NCBI RefSeq assembly: GCF_009914755.1
Contig: NC_060929.1
Direction: 5' to 3' (one strand)
DNA from: the human T2T-CHM13v2.0 reference genome, Homo sapiens
Length of the DNA stretch: 64,000 bases
The position numbers and the translations under genes were made by a program. The notes below the pieces were generated by a model that was not told the origin of the DNA, ran no database searches, and worked only from the letters and a program-made list of their open reading frames with translations. Positions 29,270 to 45,532 of the stretch are shown piece by piece; positions within the stretch are counted from its first letter, which is position 1, and the number at the start of each line of letters is the position of its first letter.

Positions 29270-29450
29270 AGGCTTTCAGGAGTGAGAACCAAGGTTAGAG
29301 ATAATCTAGTCCAATCAGTTTGAAGAAGAGATGAGGAAACTGAGGCTCAGAGGGGGAAAGGGACTTGCCTGAGGTCATCCAGCAAGTTAGTGCCACAGCC
29401 AGTGTGAATGCCAGTGGTTTCTGGCTGCTGGCCCAGGACTCTTAATGCCT
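29270..29450 (-). mobile_element. MIR SINE
   Basis: AGATGAGGAAACTGAGGCTCAGAGGGGGAAAGGGACTTGCCTGAGGTCA. Confidence 0.75.
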
Positions 29451-32400
29451 GCTGAGAGTGATTAACACATGCTTGGTGAGCTACTTGTTTGCTTTGAAGG
29501 CAGGCTTGCAAGCATAGGTAGATACACAGCCTGCAACAGCACAATTCCCAGATGAAGCTCTTGCTGAAAACGAGAGAAGCAGACCTGAAATTATTTACTG
29601 ATCGGGCAAACTCCTATAGTCAAGGGTGTTTGTTGGAGAGCATCTTGGCAGGTCCTAGCCCATAAGGTTTTATGGGCTTTTTGGATTCACAGTCTAGTTT
29701 TCAAACAAGAAAATGTGTCTGGAGTAGGATCCTCCTTTGATGTTCTTGTATGTGATATTTCAAGAATTAGAGATGTATGGATGTTCATTGCCAATCCCCT
29801 GGCACAGGGTCATTGGCAAAGTCATGATCAGATGATGCTCCTCTTTCTTCTTAACCCTTTTTTAGATGGGAAGCAGTCACCTTGGGATCCTTCTTTCTAC
29901 CCCTGGGATGCTTTGGAGTATGACCAAATGGATCAGCCTAACTACATCCTCAGACACAGAAACATGTGCAGTGTACTTTGACATTGTTAACACACAGATC
30001 TTTATCACATGGTGTCAATATTATGGAGACAGTAAGACACAGATCATCGGTGTAATATATCGCACATGCTCCTTTGAAAACATTATAATCAGAGCTGACA
30101 AGGCAGAAGAAATATCTCAACCTCGCATCTTCCCTGCATCCCAAAAAGCTTACCAAACTAACCCAAACTAACAAGACTCTGATTATTCAAGGAAAGAAGG
30201 CCCAGATTATGATTCACTTTGCCCTTCTACCATAATCAGGCTGAGATTATTGGTGTTATTTTCTGATTTGGTATCTAAGGGTCAAGTGCAAGGCAGAGGT
30301 ACCTCTCTTTATTCCCCTAACACCATAACAAATTGCTCCCTTTCCTATCTCATAGGTTTCTTAAAATTCCTCCATTGCATGCTAATTCTTTAGGCCTTCA
30401 AATAATTTAATGTTTTCTATGGTCCTTTATTGAAATGCAAAATTTCCTGAGTAGGATATTGTTAATAACTAGACCTAATATCTCACCCTATCTTCTCACC
30501 TTTTAATGGGCATTGAGGATAAATATTACTGTCACTGCTACCACCACCACCACTACCACCTCCTCCTCCTACTTTTGCTACTGTTACTATTGCCATTTAT
30601 TGAGTATCCACTATGTGCCAACATGGTTCTAAGTTATGTACATGTATTTTTCTCATCTCATATTTCCAGTAACTTGATGTTGTGGTTATGGGTAGAGGAA
30701 TTAATAAATCACCACAGAGATGACAAAAATAACGACGGGATTAACCAGAATAGAGAAAAGGTGATAGTCGGATCAGGAAAATACTGGAAAGCAATGTAGA
30801 AGGGCAGGAGGAAAAGTGAGTGCTCTTTCCTTTTCCCTATTCCCAAACATTCACGTCTCTAAGTGGGATCTTTAGAGAACGCACAGCAAGCTGAGGGTTG
30901 GGCAAGTTAACTTGCACCTGATCCTCACTGCTCTAAATGGCAGGACAGGGCTTTGAATCCAGACTTCCTTATTTTCAAACTTTACTAGGTAATATTGTCT
31001 CCAATTTACTTATAAAACAATGAGCTTGAAAAGAGCTTGGAGAATATCTTCTTCTATGGCTTGCAAACGACTATGAGGTACGTTAAGATAAATACATTAA
31101 GGTATTTTATGTCATCAGTATATACCCCACATGCAACTGACACAAAAGTTTCAAAAAATATAACACTTACCCTTACTATGGGTAATTTAATGATATCCTC
31201 TATTCTGCTTTATCCTATTATTTACTTGCACATTTACATGTGGAGACACAATATATTCACCCATATCATTGAAATAAAAGTTTTGAAAAATCATACTCTT
31301 ACTATAGACAGTATAGTCTGATACTTTCCATTCTATTCCCATTCATTAAAAAGAAATCATGCTATGGCACTCAGAATTGATTTCATGACACTCATGGGTT
31401 GGAAAGCACATTGTGAAAAACACTTACCTAGTCTGACACTACAGATTTTTATAGATGGAGAAAGTAAGGATTGGGAGGCAGAGCTGTTTTTCCTAGTTCA
31501 AGATCCCATGACAGGCTAGTGGCAGAGCCAGTGTAGAACTCAGGCTCACGACACCCACTCATGCCTGCGAGTGAGAGCACCCTTGACCGTGGCCTCTGGG
31601 TCATGACTGAGCTTCAGTCTGTCAGCAGATTGTTGTCATTGATCACTCATAGTATATTCCCTTTGACTTTGACCTCCATTCCCCCCATGTAGCATTTTTT
31701 AGTGAGATTTAAGTGATAGGTTAATTTGCCATATATGGGTTTGGCGGTGGGAACCTGTGGTGTAATGGGACAGTGGGGGAGCTGGGATGGTGTTGAGGGC
31801 CCTCTGGCTTTTCTGTGAGCCTTGCAGACTCTTTTGATTGAATAATTAGGGAATAGATCCTGGACGAGGGAAGAAGCATTGATGCCAACTTGAGTGCCCT
31901 TAATCCCTCTATATGTCTCTCTCTGGACCACTTCTCCTTCCTCAACCCAGAGGGCATTACTCACATGTTTAAAGGCATTAACATAAGGACTGAATGTAGA
32001 GCCCAGTTTGCCATACCCAATGTATGAACAACCCTTTCTGGAAACTCGGATGACTACTTGAACTGGGGGCAGAATTTTTTGAGATGGTGATTTTTAATTT
32101 ATTTAACACTACTTGTGCATGTTAAAAAGCCTAACAATACAAAATGGTAAAAAGTAAATGTGCCCTCATCCCTGATCCCAAGTCCTTAATTCCCCTTTTC
32201 CTGGTACAACTATGTTTCCGGTGTCTTCTGCATCCTCCCAAAGATATAGGTGGACAAAAAGCATGTTTTTCCTCTTTTACACAAGTGACAGCACATAATG
32301 TACCTTGTTTGTTTATGTAAATGATACATCTTGGGGACTGTTCATGTATGCTTCCATTGAGCTGCCTCATTATTTTTCTGAGCTGCATAATGTACCATTA

Positions 32401-32477
32401 TATAAATGTACTGAGATTTATTTGGCTGTGATAAAGTGTAATGATTAAGAAGCTAGATTCTGGAGCTGGCCTGCCTC

Positions 32478-32792
32478 TGAGAGAGAGAGTCTGTGAGAGT
32501 GTGTGTGTGTGAGAGAGTGTGTGTGTGTAGGAGAGTGTGTGTGTGAGAGTGTATATGAGAGTGTGTGAGTGTGAGAGAGTGTGTGTGAGAGAGTGTGTGC
32601 ATGTGAGTGTAAGAGAGTGTGAGAGTGTGAGAGAATGTGTGTGAGTGTGCATGTAGTGTGTGTAAGAGAGTGTGTGAGAGTGTGTGTGAGACTGTGAGAG
32701 AGTATGTATATGAGAGTGTGTGAGTGCGTGTGAGAGAGAGTGTGTGTGAGTGTGTGAGAGAGTATGTGAGAGTGTGTTTGCGTGTGAGAGAG

Positions 32793-32827
<35 letters not shown>

Positions 32828-32828
32828 A
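32478..32828. repeat. Compound (GT)n/(GA)n microsatellite, ~350 bp
   Basis: Alternating GTGT and GAGA blocks. Confidence 0.95.
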
Positions 32829-33957
32829 AAAATATTAGGAAACATGGGGCCAGGGAAGGCTTCACTAAATTAAAAGCCAAATTGTACCTCATTTATGCAT
32901 GTTTTCAAGAATTCAGTTTTTAAGATTGTATGAACTTTTTTTCACACCACAAAATCACCAACAATTATTTGTTGAGATTATTTTAACTTTGGGATGCTGG
33001 AAAGAGAGGAGACAAGTAAAGATAATGGTCCCTGCCCTTGAAGAATATGGAGACAGCACTTATTTACCCAGAACAGGTTGAGAATGATAAATAATTGTGT
33101 GTAATTGCGACCAAAGCTGGATGTTGTCCAGCAAGTATCTGCTAAAAGATCTTTCCATGCAGCAGGAAAAGCAAGTACAAAGGCTGTGATGTGGGACTGT
33201 GAGTTTCACAGTTGAGAACCAGCGTGGAAGCCAGTGGGGCTGAAAGCAGAGGAATACAGTGGGTGAGTAGGTGGTAGGGGAGGGCTGTTGATTCCTAAGA
33301 GAGCTGCTTTAAGGGTAATGTATAACCATGTAATAAAAATGAAATATTCCATCTAACCTGCCTCAGCTAGGGTTCTGTAGAAGGCTTAAAGAAAGCTCTA
33401 TGGCTGTTGTTAAATTATAAGAAAATACACTTTCCATTACAGAATTTAGGATATTTTAGAGAAACTCTGTTGCCTATAATCCTGGTGAGTTTGAAAAAAG
33501 TGTAAATATACCCAGTAAACATTTATTCAGTCAAGGAACATACACTTGAATAAAGAAGTGAATGCTTTAGTTTGGCTAGTGTAAAAATGATGGAAGAGAC
33601 TGAGGCAGCTCTATCCTGACCAGTGGGCAGAAAACTCAGTGAAATTTGTTAAAGGAGCAAGTTTTAAAACTTGCTGGGAATTTCCATATCATCTCAAGTA
33701 GGAAGGAGATTTGAGTTTATATTTAAACTTATAGATTTTTATCATTTTAATACCATTTATTTTGATGGAAGTAGAATAATTGAAATTATAGCATGGGGAA
33801 TTACTACTAGACAATTCTGCCTCCCTGCCCTACCTTAAAGAAGCTTCTGCTGTGATTTCCCCATTATTAACCTCCACTAGCTCAAACAGAAATAAAAGGA
33901 AACTGCATCCAAATGTTTGAAATGCATTCATATATTTTTATTGAATGACATATGTTT

Positions 33958-34125
33958 TTATTTGTTTATTTTAGAGACAGGGCCTTGCTCTGTCACTCAG
34001 GGTGGAGTGCACTGGCACAATCATGGCTCACTGCAACCTCGACCTCCTGAGCTTAAGTGATCCTCCTGCCTCAGCCTCCTGAGTAGCTGGGACTACAGAC
34101 AGAAGCCAGCATGCCCTGCCTATTT
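33958..34125 (-). mobile_element. Alu right monomer (FRAM/AluJ fragment)
   Basis: GAGACAGGGCCTTGCTCTGTCAC...CCTCAGCCTCCTGAGTAGCTGGGACTACAG. Confidence 0.85.
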
Positions 34126-34701
34126 TTAGGAACAAAAGTATCTCTCAACTCTTAGCAAGATTTTTATTTTTATACATTATAGTGAAAAGTGTTGTAGAAA
34201 CATATCTAGGACCACTTGATGTTGAGAAAATATTTATATTGAATGTTTTCCGTGCATTTATTTCTGTTAGGAAAAAAATAGCAATGAAAAGCATTATCAG
34301 TCTGGGTGGTTCTTTTTCAGATGCAAAAATCACTCAAACTGAAATCCTTTTTATACTCAAATTGGGCCTGCCAGCTTTAAAAGAGGGCAGTCAGGATAAT
34401 ATGATAAACTGGCCCATGCGCTCAATCTTAGCTCATCAAGGCTGTGCCAGAACTGACATTTTCGTACAGTATGGCTTGATGCTCTGATTACAAATTGGTC
34501 TTGAGCAGCTATACTCTTTGTAATTTTATTCACTGAGGGATTGTGTTTGTATCATAGGTCTGTTTTGGTTTTGAAACCTGAAGTAAAAAATACATCACTG
34601 GTTGCTGTCTCTTGTTTTGGAGTGTGATAGAGAAAAATATTCATCCAGAAACAAGTGTAATTTATTATATGCAAAATTAAGAGTTTTGTTTTCCTTCAAG
34701 G

Positions 34702-35939
<1,238 letters not shown>

Positions 35940-36404
35940 AAGTCAGTGATGATAACATTTTCCCTCCCATTTCACTTGGGAAGTTTTACAGAAAAGGCTT
36001 AAATTAGGGTTTTAAGAAGGGTGTTAGGTGTTTATAATTCTCATTGTTGATTTTACTTATGATAAATAGATACATTATTTTGGAAAAAGAGAAGGTCTAT
36101 AGTTACTCCTCACCTTTATTGCTTGTTGTCAAAAATTCTATTTTTAATTCAATTGTATGCACTTTTTTCCACACAATGAAATTACCAATAATCATTTTTG
36201 ATCAAGGACCTTTTGTCCTTGGGTTCCTGGGAGAATAAAAGACATGTAAAGACAATGCTTTCTGTCCTTGGGGAATGCAGAAGCAGTAAATACTTACCCA
36301 GGGCAGACTGAGATTGATAAACTATTAAATGTGATTAAGACTTATACTGGATGATAGAGACAATGAACCCATGAGGATTCAGAGAAGGAAGTGAGTATCA
36401 ATGT

Positions 36405-37324
36405 TTGAGGTAGGAAAAAAGCAAATGTTTTTCCTTCCACGTTCAGACGTTACAAGCCTCAACGTAGATTACCTTCAGTCACCAAAATGTTTGTGGTTCC
36501 CCCCACCCACCTCATACCAAGCAAGCCATTCTCCAGCAGATACCAGATGGGTGTCCTATAATTCAGTTCTCACTATTTACCTGGAGGTAGTGTCAGATCC
36601 CACAAGTTAAGGGCTCAGTCCCACAGGACTGCTGCTACTTCAGATGCCAATCACAAGCTTCAGGTTGTGACTTGTGCTTCTGACCAACCAGCTATAGATT
36701 GGGTTTCTATTACCCTCTCCTCTGATTTCATTAATTTGCTAAAGAGGCTCACAGAACTTAGGGAAACATTTGTTTGCTGGTTTGTTATAAAGGATATTAC
36801 AAAGGATACAGATGAGCAGCCAGATGTAAGAGATACATAGTGTAAGGTTTGGTTGGGGGCACGGAGCTTCCTTGCCCTCTCTAGGTGTACCATCCTCCAG
36901 GAATCTTCATGTGTTCAATCCTGAAGCCCTCTGAACCTAGTCCTTTTGGAATTTTATGGAAGCTTTTTTAGGTAGTCATGATTGTTTACATCATTGTTCA
37001 TTGATGATCAACTCAGCCTCTCTCATCTCCTTTCCATGTGATTATAAAGGCTCAACCCTACAATCACATAGTTGAGACCTCTGGCAACCAGCCCCCATGC
37101 TGAGGCTATCCAGGAGCACAACAAAGTCTCATTAGAACAAAAGATGCTCCTATCACCGGGAAGTTACAAAAGTCTTAGGAGCTCTGTGTCAGGAACTAAG
37201 TTCAAAGACCAATATTACAACAAAAGATTCTTCTAGCTCCTCAGTCTACAAGAATTTTAGGATCACTGTCTCAGAAAACAGGTCAGAGACCAAATATATA
37301 TTTCCCATTATGTCACAATAACAC
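36405..37324 (-). mobile_element. MER21-like LTR
   Basis: GGGTGTCCTATAATTCAGTTCT..TCAGATCCCACAAGTTAAGGGCTCAGTCCCACA..TAATTTGCTAAAGAGGCTCACAGAACT..AAAGGATATTACAAAGGATACAGATG are MER21 hallmarks. Confidence 0.8.
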
Positions 37325-37869
37325 AAACTAAGAGCAATGTATTTGGGTGAAATGTATAACATGTCATCAGAGAACAGTGAAAAGTTTTATGACCCTGATT
37401 GCATCACCTGAAATCTTACAACAATAAATTAAAAACAAATATTCTATATTTTCACTTGACAGACTACCTCAATGGTCCTGTATGCTACAAAACACCTAAA
37501 CTATAGTTAAACCTGGGTTTCAATGCACTGCTAGGCCTGGAGCAAGTAAAGAAAATCTCCATCCCTCTATGTGTGCAAACACCACCTTAAAATAAAACAA
37601 ACCTTGAACTGAAGCCAAAGTGGGAAGTGCCGAGCAAGGAGCAGATGAGGAAAACCAAAATTGTTCTAACTGCAAATACCCATATATTGCTGCGTCTAAG
37701 AATCAGCCTTGAGCAAGCTAGCTGTGAGCCAGAAAGTAAGAAATCTGAACCCAAGATTCCTGCAAGAACTCAGGACCTAGAAGAGGACCAAGTGTCCCTT
37801 GGTTGGTAGCTTTCTTTGGCTTCCAACAAAAGCAATAGTAAATCTTCTTTGGAGGAAAGCATTTCCTGT

Positions 37870-39230
<1,361 letters not shown>

Positions 39231-39419
39231 CTAATCAAATGCAGAATCCTAATCTCCTAAGATACTCTATAATCTGGCCATTTGTCTTCTGTCTTCCTCT
39301 CTCTCCCTTTCTATTTCTCTCTTTTTTTCCTCATCAATCTTATTAAAGGATTGTTAATTTTATTACATACTTCAAAGAAAACCATTGCCTTTACCAATCT
39401 TTTATTTAATATTTTTTTC

Positions 39420-40088
39420 TTCAAAAGACATGTAAAGTAAGAGAGAAGTTACAAACTGAAAAGTTTTTTTTTTTGACAACACAGGATTAAGAAGTTGTGA
39501 GTAGAATATATAAAAAGCTACTACAAAACATTAAGAAAAGATAAACAACCTCTTGGAAAATGGGCAAAGTTTACTAAGAAAAGGAAAAACATGAACAGTT
39601 GTACAACCTTATTAGTACTTGGGGAAATGCAAAATGAGACATCAATTAGATATCTTTTATACTCACTGGATTAGAAGAAATTAAGAAGTCTGAAAGTACA
39701 AAGTGTTGGAATGAACTGCAATACATTGCTTTGGGGAATGTAAATTCTCCAACATTTAGGAGTATACTTTGGCATTTTCTTGTGAAATAAAACATTGGCC
39801 TACTCTGTGACTCAGAAAATCCTCTCCTGTGTGTACACACTGCAGATATTCTTGCACATGTGCTGCAGTTGACACATACCGAAATATTTATAAAAACATT
39901 GTTTATAATAGCAAGAAAATGGAAATAACCAAAATAAAATGTCCATCATTAGGAGAGTGAATCAGCAAGTTGTAGAATATTCAATGGATTACAAAACAGA
40001 GAGAATGAATGGGATACAACTGCATATACTAACCTAAAGATGAACATTAGGATCAAAATATTGGATAATAATAAGTAAATTATGGTAT
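39420..40088 (+). mobile_element. L1ME-like 3' fragment
   Basis: GAAAATGGGCAAAG, GGGAAATGCAAAATGAGAC, TTGTTTATAATAGCAAGAAAATGGAAATAACC..AAATGTCCATCA. Confidence 0.65.
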
Positions 40089-40944
40089 TGTTACTGAGAA
40101 GTGTGAGTGTCCTCGGGTCTAGTCTTCTTGGAGTAAAGAATTCAGCCAAGAGACCAATTGTAAAGCAAGCAAAAGGTTTATTAAGGAAATAAGAGTACAG
40201 TCCAGCCACTGTACTCCAGCCTGGGTGACAGAGCAAGACCCTGTCTCAAAAAAAAAAGAACACTCCAGGAGAGGAGTGGGCTGACAGTAGCAGCCAGGGT
40301 TATGTAGTAGTAGAGTTTATTTAAAGAGACAGTATACTCTGAAAGACAAGTCAGAGCAGGCTGCTCAAAAGAGAATTAGCCAATAGCCTTGAGAGTTCTG
40401 TGTTGTGGGTTTTTATGATGTCAGACTCTTTCTTCAAGTTCCTGTCTCTTGTCTTAAGTCTCTGCTTTTGTCTAGTTTCCAGCTTCTGTCTTAAGTCTCT
40501 GCCATCTGCCCACCTAGTTCCTGCCCCTGTTTGTAGGAATCTTCCTTCCTGCCCCTTGATGATGTGTATTTGTGGGCCCAGTGATCAATAGGAATCCTCC
40601 CTAATGGAGGGAATGCTCATTACTGCCACCCCAGGAAGGTCATATAGCAGTTAAATCTGTACTTACTGTGCCTGTGTATCTCTTAGGAATTTCCCCTTTG
40701 CCCTTCTTCCCGTTTTATCAGGATGTAGCTGGCCACATTCTGACAGGTTAACTGCAGAGTCAGCAATTACTGGGTGTCTTAAGGGTGTTTTGGGGCATTC
40801 TTTTCTGCACAGGCATTTTCCCTCCTTTCTGCTCATATCCAGCATGAATGTTTTGGGTGGTCTCTGGGGTGTGAGATTTTCCAGAGCTTCCTCCTCCAGG
40901 GGCTCTCCACCCTGCTCATGTCTGGCCATCTGCCTACTCTAACA
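40089..40944 (-). mobile_element. ERV1-class solo LTR, subfamily not assigned
   Basis: TGTTACTG...CTACTCTAACA ends. Perfect 4-bp TSD GTAT at 40085-40088 and 40945-40948. TTTATT near the left end is a minus-strand polyA signal. Confidence 0.8.
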
Positions 40945-43900
40945 GTATGATATTATTTATGTTATAATAACATTTTGAATTTTGATAAAAACAATACTAC
41001 TTTTCTGGTTTATATATATAAGGTAACACAACATATTCTAAGATAAATTTAAAAGGAAAGAAATTTAAACAAAATGTAATGTAGGTTAATGGAGTGGGAG
41101 GCCTGGAGGACAGAATAGGAATAGAACACAGTAAGTGGGGTTCAGGGATGGCTTGACTTTCAGAAGCAGAGGGTTTTGGAATCTGGTTGCCCTTTAATTG
41201 TGGAAGTGAGGTTTCTGGAATTGATTGACTTTCAGAAGGAGTGTCACCGATTAGCTGGCTTTTAGAAACTTGTGTACTCATACAAAGCTGTCATTGATCA
41301 ATTTGTATAGGTTTAAAACCAGTTTCTTGTGATGATAGCTGCAGAACTATCAGTCTTTTTGTTGGAGGATAGGGACCTTTTATTCTCACTTATGAAGTCA
41401 GTCTTATTATTTCCACTTTAAAGATGAGATGGTGAACTAACTTGCTCAAGAACTGCCAGCTACAAAGTGGTAGAGCTAGGATTTGAACCTCAAAATCTTG
41501 GCTCCACAGTCTTCTTTCAACATAAGGTAGCTATAGCTGAAGTAGTGCTTGTCATATTCCATGCTGTCAGATTATGATAAGATAATATTTATGGGAAATC
41601 TTTGAGTTGTTTTCCTAGCTCCTGATGCTCCTCCCCCCTTATCTGTCTTGGCCAAATGGCACCAGTTGTGCAAACAGAAATCTGAGATTATCCTTGACGT
41701 TTCTCAAGATTTCACCCTATCTCTTCTAATCAACCAGGGTCCTAAAAAATTTAATAGCCTGACCATTTATCTCTATCTGCACATTGTTGCTAGGATAACA
41801 TTTCAGAAAAGGCAAATCTGAACCTGTCATTTTTGACCACCTTAAAATTATTCCACTATATTCAATTAGCCTTAGGGTAAGAATCAAATCCTTTCCCTAC
41901 CTTTCCATCTTATCTTATACCACACTCCAACTCTGACCAGGGCTGCTGACCTTTGTTTTTTTCTTGTTTCTTTTTTTTCTTTTTTTTTTGGTTTCTTCCG
42001 GCCACAAAGACCTTCCCTTGTACTGTTTGATTTGAAGTTCAAACCACTAGACTGTGTTACCAACTACCCTTTCTTATTATGGTAATCTAGAAACCCTTAG
42101 GTCATGCCTCCTCCTAAATTCTTAAAGATTTTTGCTTCTGATTGACTCTCTCTCTTTCCTTAAAACTACTCTGGCCACATTTCTTGATGATTGAAATATT
42201 TATATAGATAATTTATATAATATCCTGATCAATTCCTTGTACTCTCCTTCAGTGATCTTGTTCTCTATCCTACCTAATCTGACTACTACCACAGACATAC
42301 CTGAGGCGTATGGTTCTCAAATTTTAGCACACATCAGAATCACCTAGAAAGCTTTTTCAAGTACAAATTGCTGAGCCCCACTCCTAGAGGTCTCACTCAG
42401 CAAATCTGGGGTGTGGTCAGAGTTTTGATTTACATTACAACCTCACTCCAAAACAGGGAAATGGATTTTCAACACATTTTGAGGCTCTGTTTGGAATGAT
42501 ATGATACAACATGCAGTCCAAGTCACATGTATTAAATTCATTTGGGGGACACCACAAAGAGACTGAAAGTCATTGTCCATCATGGCCCAAGCTGATGAAG
42601 ATCAAGAGGCACATGTGACCATCCATTGAGAAAGATGTGCTATACTTCCTGAGACTCATGAATGAAGAGAGAAAAGAAATAGTAGTTCTAAAGAAAAGTC
42701 CTATTTTAAAAGATCTGTGAGTCATAGGCACGACTTCTGATCAAACTGGTCCTCACAATGGCAAAAGTCTCTGGAGCAGTAATAGGAGAGTAAGGAGCTA
42801 TGGGGATGCAAACATTTGAGAATGATTTTCCCAGGTAATGCTAGGAGTTAATAATGACAACTGTGTTTTATTAGAAATCTATGTGGCAAACACTGCGATG
42901 GGATGTAAGTAGACATCATAATGCATGCAGAATACTTACATAGTATAGAGCAATTAATGATTCAAATAAGTGATAGATGTTACTGTCATTGTTAATATTA
43001 TTATTATATTTAATGTTAGTCCTTGTTACTCCTTAAGAGGTAATTATTATTGAGATTTTTATAGAGGGGTGAACTAAGACTTAATTTAAGTTCTGGGACA
43101 CACAGCTTGCAAGTATCAAGGCCTGGAGATGTATCAATTACTAAAACACATGCTACTCCCTCTACTTCATGCTATTTACTCCTTTGCAATGGAAGAGGAG
43201 CTTGACATCAAGGTATAACTCTTAGTTTTTTCTGAAGAACTATCAGATTACTTCTCTGGCATATGATTATACAGTTGATTCGGTTTTGAACTTAGAGCAG
43301 AAACACATGTATATCCTTGTCAAGCATTTATTGTTATTGGCCCTATAATCTTGTCTATTTACATACATTTGAAACTCAAGAATTTCATTCAGTGTATTAA
43401 ACTTGTAATGTGCACACATTTGACAAGCATGACTGATTTCAGACGTTTTTGTAGTTTTCGATTAAAATGTATTTAAAGGGGGGCAGCCAAAAAGGGAAGG
43501 CAGCAGACAGAGCCTTACGGCTGACTGCGAGAGATTCCTTCATTCTTTAATCTCTTCAATTTTATATCATTCATGAATGGAAGTAAGTTCTTTGTCATGG
43601 GTTGACTTGGTGTACATTTACTATCCTAATCTCACTGTAATCTATCCCACATTTTCCCCATCTTGTTCATTCATTTATCAAGAAATATTTTGGCAGACTC
43701 TTTACCAAAACCTGCACATTCCACAATTATGGAATTTGATCAATCTGCAAGACTCATAGCTTATTTAAGATTCAGCTGATTTTAAATCAAGTTTTAAAGC
43801 AAATGTGCTTTGCTTTTGTTGAAGCTGTAATGACTTTAGTTGTCACTGCTTTCTTTATGAATCATTCTTGTTGTTTGTCTGAGAAAAGTAATACATCCAT

Positions 43901-45254
43901 TTTTTTTCCATTTAAAGATTCTAAAATGATTTCAACTTTTAAACTAACTTTTAGTTTAAAAGTTTAGTCTGTCTGGGGAGGTGAAGAGTCTTAGGAGCCT
44001 AACAAGCAAGTTATGAAACAAACCTTCACTGTTACCTTTAGAATCTGGGCGCTTGTAACAATTTTGTGTAATCAAATGCCTTCAAAATGAATGTACAGAT
44101 GTGCTGCAAATAGAAAAGATATTTTTACACCATTTACATAAATAATAGTTTTGTTGTGGGTGGATTGTTCTACGAATGTACAGAAAGTTAATGCATTACT
44201 CATTCCTTTGCATCTTGTCATTCCATAGGGGAGAGAGTTTGTTTAAACAGAGACCAGAGCCTGCATATTCCGTATATAATTTTCCCTTATCTCATAGATA
44301 GTTAAAAGGAGCCACCCTGGAGATGCATGAAAGGATGCATTTAATTTGGGAAGAAAAAAATAACCTCTATTTGTCCCTTTTAATTAGTATATGAAGAACC
44401 AGATTTCTCTAAGGGTCCTCTTTCTAGTCTGTATTTATAGAACAGCATCTTAAAATGGCAGTTTCCCAGAAGAATGAGAATTTCTAAAACATGCCATGCT
44501 TTATATCATAAAATAGATATTTAAAAAGTACATTACATTTAATAATGTTTGAGCAGTTAGGGATCTTTCTTTGTAGAGTAGCAAACACTGAGGGCTCTGT
44601 GGGCTAATTTTGGCCCTTGGCCAAAGTTACTTGGGAGTCCTCAAGTCTGTGTGTGTGTGTAGGTTTGTTTTAATTCATCCCAGTTGTCATTTGCTAGTTC
44701 ATAACAGCCCTTACCCCCACAGCCTGTTGTATTCATTTACTTTCTCCAAATGGCCTCTGCAAGCATTTGGATTGGTGACTCCTGGGGCAAAAGAAAGATG
44801 GTGGTCTTAGGGGATGGGGTAAGAAATTTAGATGAGATGATGCTTCCTCTCTGGAATTGCTACAGAACTCCTTAGGTACTTAGGATTGACCGTTTTTGTT
44901 TTTGTTTTAAACAAAAAGTGATTCTTTGACTGTTTTATATTCGCTTAACACCTATGTGTGTAAATACAACTACCAAATATTTTGGTTGAATATGCACACA
45001 AGTGAGTAACGGATGCATTTATTTTCAAGTATGATGATAAGAGACTATTAAAGAGCATAGTTTTAGGGGCATGAGTGGCAAAAGTATTGGCTATCAGGAG
45101 TTTTACATTTTTGAGTTTGACAAGTTATCAATGGATATGGATATGCATGTTTTTATACCTCTTGATCTATGTACCTAAGCATTCAGATGACCTGTGTCTC
45201 AAAGTTACTGTGGAACTCTGAAATGATTGTGTGCGTTTGTGGCATAGATTTTAT

Positions 45255-45532
45255 TTTCTTCTTTTTTGAGACAGACTTTCACTCTGTTGCCTAGGTTGGA
45301 GTGCAATTGCGGCTCACTCCGGCCTTGATGTCCCCAGGCTCAGGTGAACCTCTCAGCTGAGCCTCCCCAGTGGCTGGGACTACAGGCACATACCACCACA
45401 CCAGGCTAATTTTTCTATATTTTTGGTAGAGATGGGGCTTTGCCATGTTGCCTAGGCTAGTCTCAAACTCCTGGGTTCAAACAATCCCTCCTAAAATGCT
45501 GGGATTATAGGCGTGAGCCACCATAGCCAGCC
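45255..45532 (-). mobile_element. AluJ-type element
   Basis: Diverged dimeric Alu flanked by a ~16-bp TSD TGTGGCATAGATTTTA starting at 45238 and 45533. Confidence 0.93.

Noticed and set aside
32398-32892. His/Thr/Ser/Leu-rich minus-strand ORFs
   Set aside because: Translations of the (CA)/(CT) microsatellite.
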